DNA of 64,000 bases from Eledone cirrhosa (lineage: Eukaryota): NCBI GenBank assembly GCA_964016885.1, contig OZ024748.1, positions 47,120,001-47,184,000 of the forward strand, written 5' to 3'. The notes under the pieces were generated by a model. That model saw only the letters and a program-made list of their open reading frames with translations, had not been told where the DNA came from and did not search any database. The position numbers were made by a program, and so were the translations under genes. Positions within the stretch are counted from its first letter, which is position 1, and every line of letters begins with the position of its first letter. Positions 61,362 to 64,000 of this stretch are shown piece after piece.

Positions 61362-61550
61362 TGAAGTTTCCGTTGAAAATTGAAAAAATCATAGGAGTGA
61401 AGAGTGCTCTATGTAAGTACCAGAGCAAAATTTAATGTATAATAAACAATACAATATAATTGCCTTGTCCGACGAACGAATTTCATATTCGTCCTATTTC
61501 GGGAAACCTCTGGTAATGAGGTAATTATATTGTATTGTTTATTATACATT
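61358..61550. mobile_element. Family D element with fold-back; hammerhead-like motif at 61461-61523 (plus)
   Basis: tgccttgt-CCGACGA-acgaat ttcat attcgt...-GAAA-cc tct gg-TA-atgaggta. The left part is the inverse of 18690-18783. Confidence 0.7.
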
Positions 61551-61576
61551 ATATATATATATATATATACGAAATT

Positions 61577-61654
61577 TTCATTCTGACGAGCGATTTCAGA
61601 CGTCTCTTTTGAGCTCGTAGCTCGTCTGTCGTCGGGAAACCTTTGGTAAATGGA
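61577..61654 (+). ncRNA. Hammerhead-like motif related to family D
   Basis: ttcatt-CTGACGA-gcga..cagacg...cgtctg tcgt cgg-GAAA-cc ttt gg-TA-aatgga. Confidence 0.6.
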
Positions 61655-61854
61655 ATAATTGTCTTATGTGTTTATTACATATTTAAATAGTTCCGTAGCG
61701 TACATGGAGCACGCTCCTTTCCTTTACCCTTCCTACGGAAATACTTTATATATGTATGTATATATATATAAGATTATCCCGGGGTCAATCAGGTGTAACC
61801 ACAGTAAGTAAGGTACTCAATACAAAGCAGGGTATAAATAATTAATATAGAAAA

Positions 61855-61905
61855 GGCTTGTACAGGACTAGAACTGTTTTATTCCGGAGAAATCATCAGC
61901 AAGCC
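61855..61905 (-). ncRNA. Type I hammerhead motif with GAAA changed to AAAA
   Basis: Minus strand: ggcttg-CTGATGA-tttc tccg gaat-AAAA-cag(ttctagtc)ctg-TA-caagcc. Confidence 0.6.
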
Positions 61906-61925
61906 GTATATATATATACGTGTTT

Positions 61926-62011
<86 letters not shown>

Positions 62012-62015
<4 letters not shown>

Positions 62016-62169
62016 ATTTAACACTTCACTGCTCGCAAGTGTTTTTTAAGCTTCCTATCATGTCTCCTTATTTTATCTGATGAGAACACAAATATCATCC
62101 CATGGTGATATTTGTTTTTGAAATGCGCATAATAAAATACTTGGAACTCTTTTAACCATCTTTTGATCT

Positions 62170-62180
<11 letters not shown>
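62012..62180 (+). mobile_element. Family G copy with hammerhead at 62071-62137
   Basis: ttttat-CTGATGA-gaaca caaatatcatc ccat ggtgatatttg ttttt-GAAA-tgcgca-TA-ataaaa. Confidence 0.82.
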
Positions 62181-62240
<60 letters not shown>

Positions 62241-62473
62241 TAAACGGAATAGAAAATGCTGACAAATTGTTCACAGTTGAAAAATGGTTTAATTAGGAAT
62301 AAAAGAGTATTAGTGATTGTATGGGTTAAAACCACAACTGAATACTAACCCATACAATCACTAATACTCTTTTATTCCTAATTAAACCATTTTTCAACTT
62401 TTTAACAATTTGTCAGCATTTTCTATTCCGTTTACCAATATATAATAACTTGTGTGTTACACCTCTATTCTTT

Positions 62474-62532
<59 letters not shown>

Positions 62533-62534
<2 letters not shown>

Positions 62535-62654
62535 AAGGCGGGTAAAATTCCCGAGATGCATGGACGAGTTCTCTCCAGCGGTCTCTGTCCCTCATTATCG
62601 CTGCCATGTCCTGCATCTCCAACAGACCAGTGTCTGTCCTTAGGGCATCAACAT
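62533..62654 (-). mobile_element. About 120-bp 3' end of the same RTE LINE as 7858-8800
   Basis: Near-identical reverse complement of 8676-8800; (TA)n on both sides. Confidence 0.92.
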
Positions 62655-62705
62655 ATATATATATTAGAATTGGCGCCCTGAAATAGCGATATATATATGA
62701 ATGTC

Positions 62706-62834
62706 TATATAGTGTATTTTGCTATACACTGTATGCTTAATTACAAACATTTGGAAGACCTTACGTTATCATAGCGTAAGGTCTCCAAAGTGGTTTTAAT
62801 TAAGCATATAGTGTATTCCAAAATACACTATATA
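62706..62834. repeat. Imperfect hairpin palindrome between (TA)n tracts
   Basis: tatagtgtattttg...gaccttacgttat c atagcgtaaggtc...caaaatacactata. Confidence 0.8.
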
Positions 62835-62971
62835 TATACACACACACATACATATATATATATACATACATACATATATTTATATATATGTATATACATT
62901 TATATATATACATATATATACATACATACATACATATATATACATACATACATACATACATACATGCATAG

Positions 62972-63012
<41 letters not shown>

Positions 63013-63041
63013 TAATAATAATAATAAATTTGAAGACTAAA

Positions 63042-63130
<89 letters not shown>

Positions 63131-63172
63131 TATATGATGTGAGAAAAACCATAGACCCTCCATCTCAACTCA

Positions 63173-63210
63173 CCTTTTGAAAAGCAGAATAACTACGAAA
63201 CCGGTAAAGG
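63173..63210 (+). ncRNA. Minimal type I hammerhead motif, U3-A8 core variant
   Basis: cctt-TTGAAAA-gcag aataa ctac-GAAA-ccgg-TA-aagg. Confidence 0.65.
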
Positions 63211-63341
63211 AACCAAATAAATATATATATTTAAAAAAAAAATAAGACTTCAGTTGCATTTTCGATTTCATCTCTTTTTCTTTATACTTCCACTCGTGTA
63301 GGACACCTCGGTTGTTTTTCATTTTGTAAAAAAAACCTCAC

Positions 63342-63389
<48 letters not shown>

Positions 63390-63823
63390 TAGTGCTAAGC
63401 CAATATCTATTTTTGCAAGACACCAATGTATACAGGCAACAATTATTTATTCAACACAACAATTAAACATACACTTCAAATACTCAGTTACTATATATAC
63501 AATTAATTTTCAGGATTAATGACAGTAAATATCCGACGCTTATTCCTATTTTCTCATAAAAATCACATCCCTGTTCTTCATCGTTTTCAGTAAATAAAAT
63601 ACTGGCTTTCGCTCTTTTGACAGTATCATTTACAATCTATATCTATTATATTACTCTACTATGAAGTCAGAATTATATACAATGATATTATGTGAGAAAA
63701 AATACGCTATCTAACTTCATAGAATAAGCTTTAAAGTTATTTCAAAGAAACCATATTGACTTCATACATCATTAAATTTCTTTAATATCACTGAATAATA
63801 TGTGGATTCTTTAGATTTGTATA

Positions 63824-63926
<103 letters not shown>

Positions 63927-64000
63927 TATATGTATACATACAATATCTCTTTCTGTCTATACATATATATATGTATACATACAATATCTCTTTCTGTCTA

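Overview
Eukaryotic, AT-rich, gene-poor DNA. The SINE sequences and microsatellite load suggest a cephalopod such as octopus; this is an inference. I recognise no host protein-coding exon, rRNA, tRNA or CRISPR array, and nearly all ORFs in the track are translations of (TA)n/(CA)n/(GA)n/triplet tracts. Retroelement content: a 5'-truncated RTE-type LINE (7858-8800) and a short second copy; a non-autonomous RTE-derived element with a candidate HDV-like ribozyme at its 5' end (14180-14788, truncated copy at 2350-2760); a Penelope-like element (PLE) 3' fragment with a GIY-YIG endonuclease and an inverted terminal duplication (24961-26223); a decayed R4/Dong-like LINE (30760-31950); and about 13 copies of a tRNA-derived SINE. 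Other repeats: two non-autonomous Helitrons, an 11-kb array of a 58-bp satellite and a 56-bp pyrimidine minisatellite. The main unexpected signal is that the short 'unique-looking' islands between (TA)n tracts belong to eight or more different small non-coding element families. Each carries a type I hammerhead-ribozyme-like fold, some with the compensatory U3-A8 core. They occur either as fold-back palindromes or as head-to-tail arrays of more than one monomer, which suggests a diverse set of PLE-mobilised retrozyme-like elements targeting (TA)n. All RNA folds were derived by eye, not computed.
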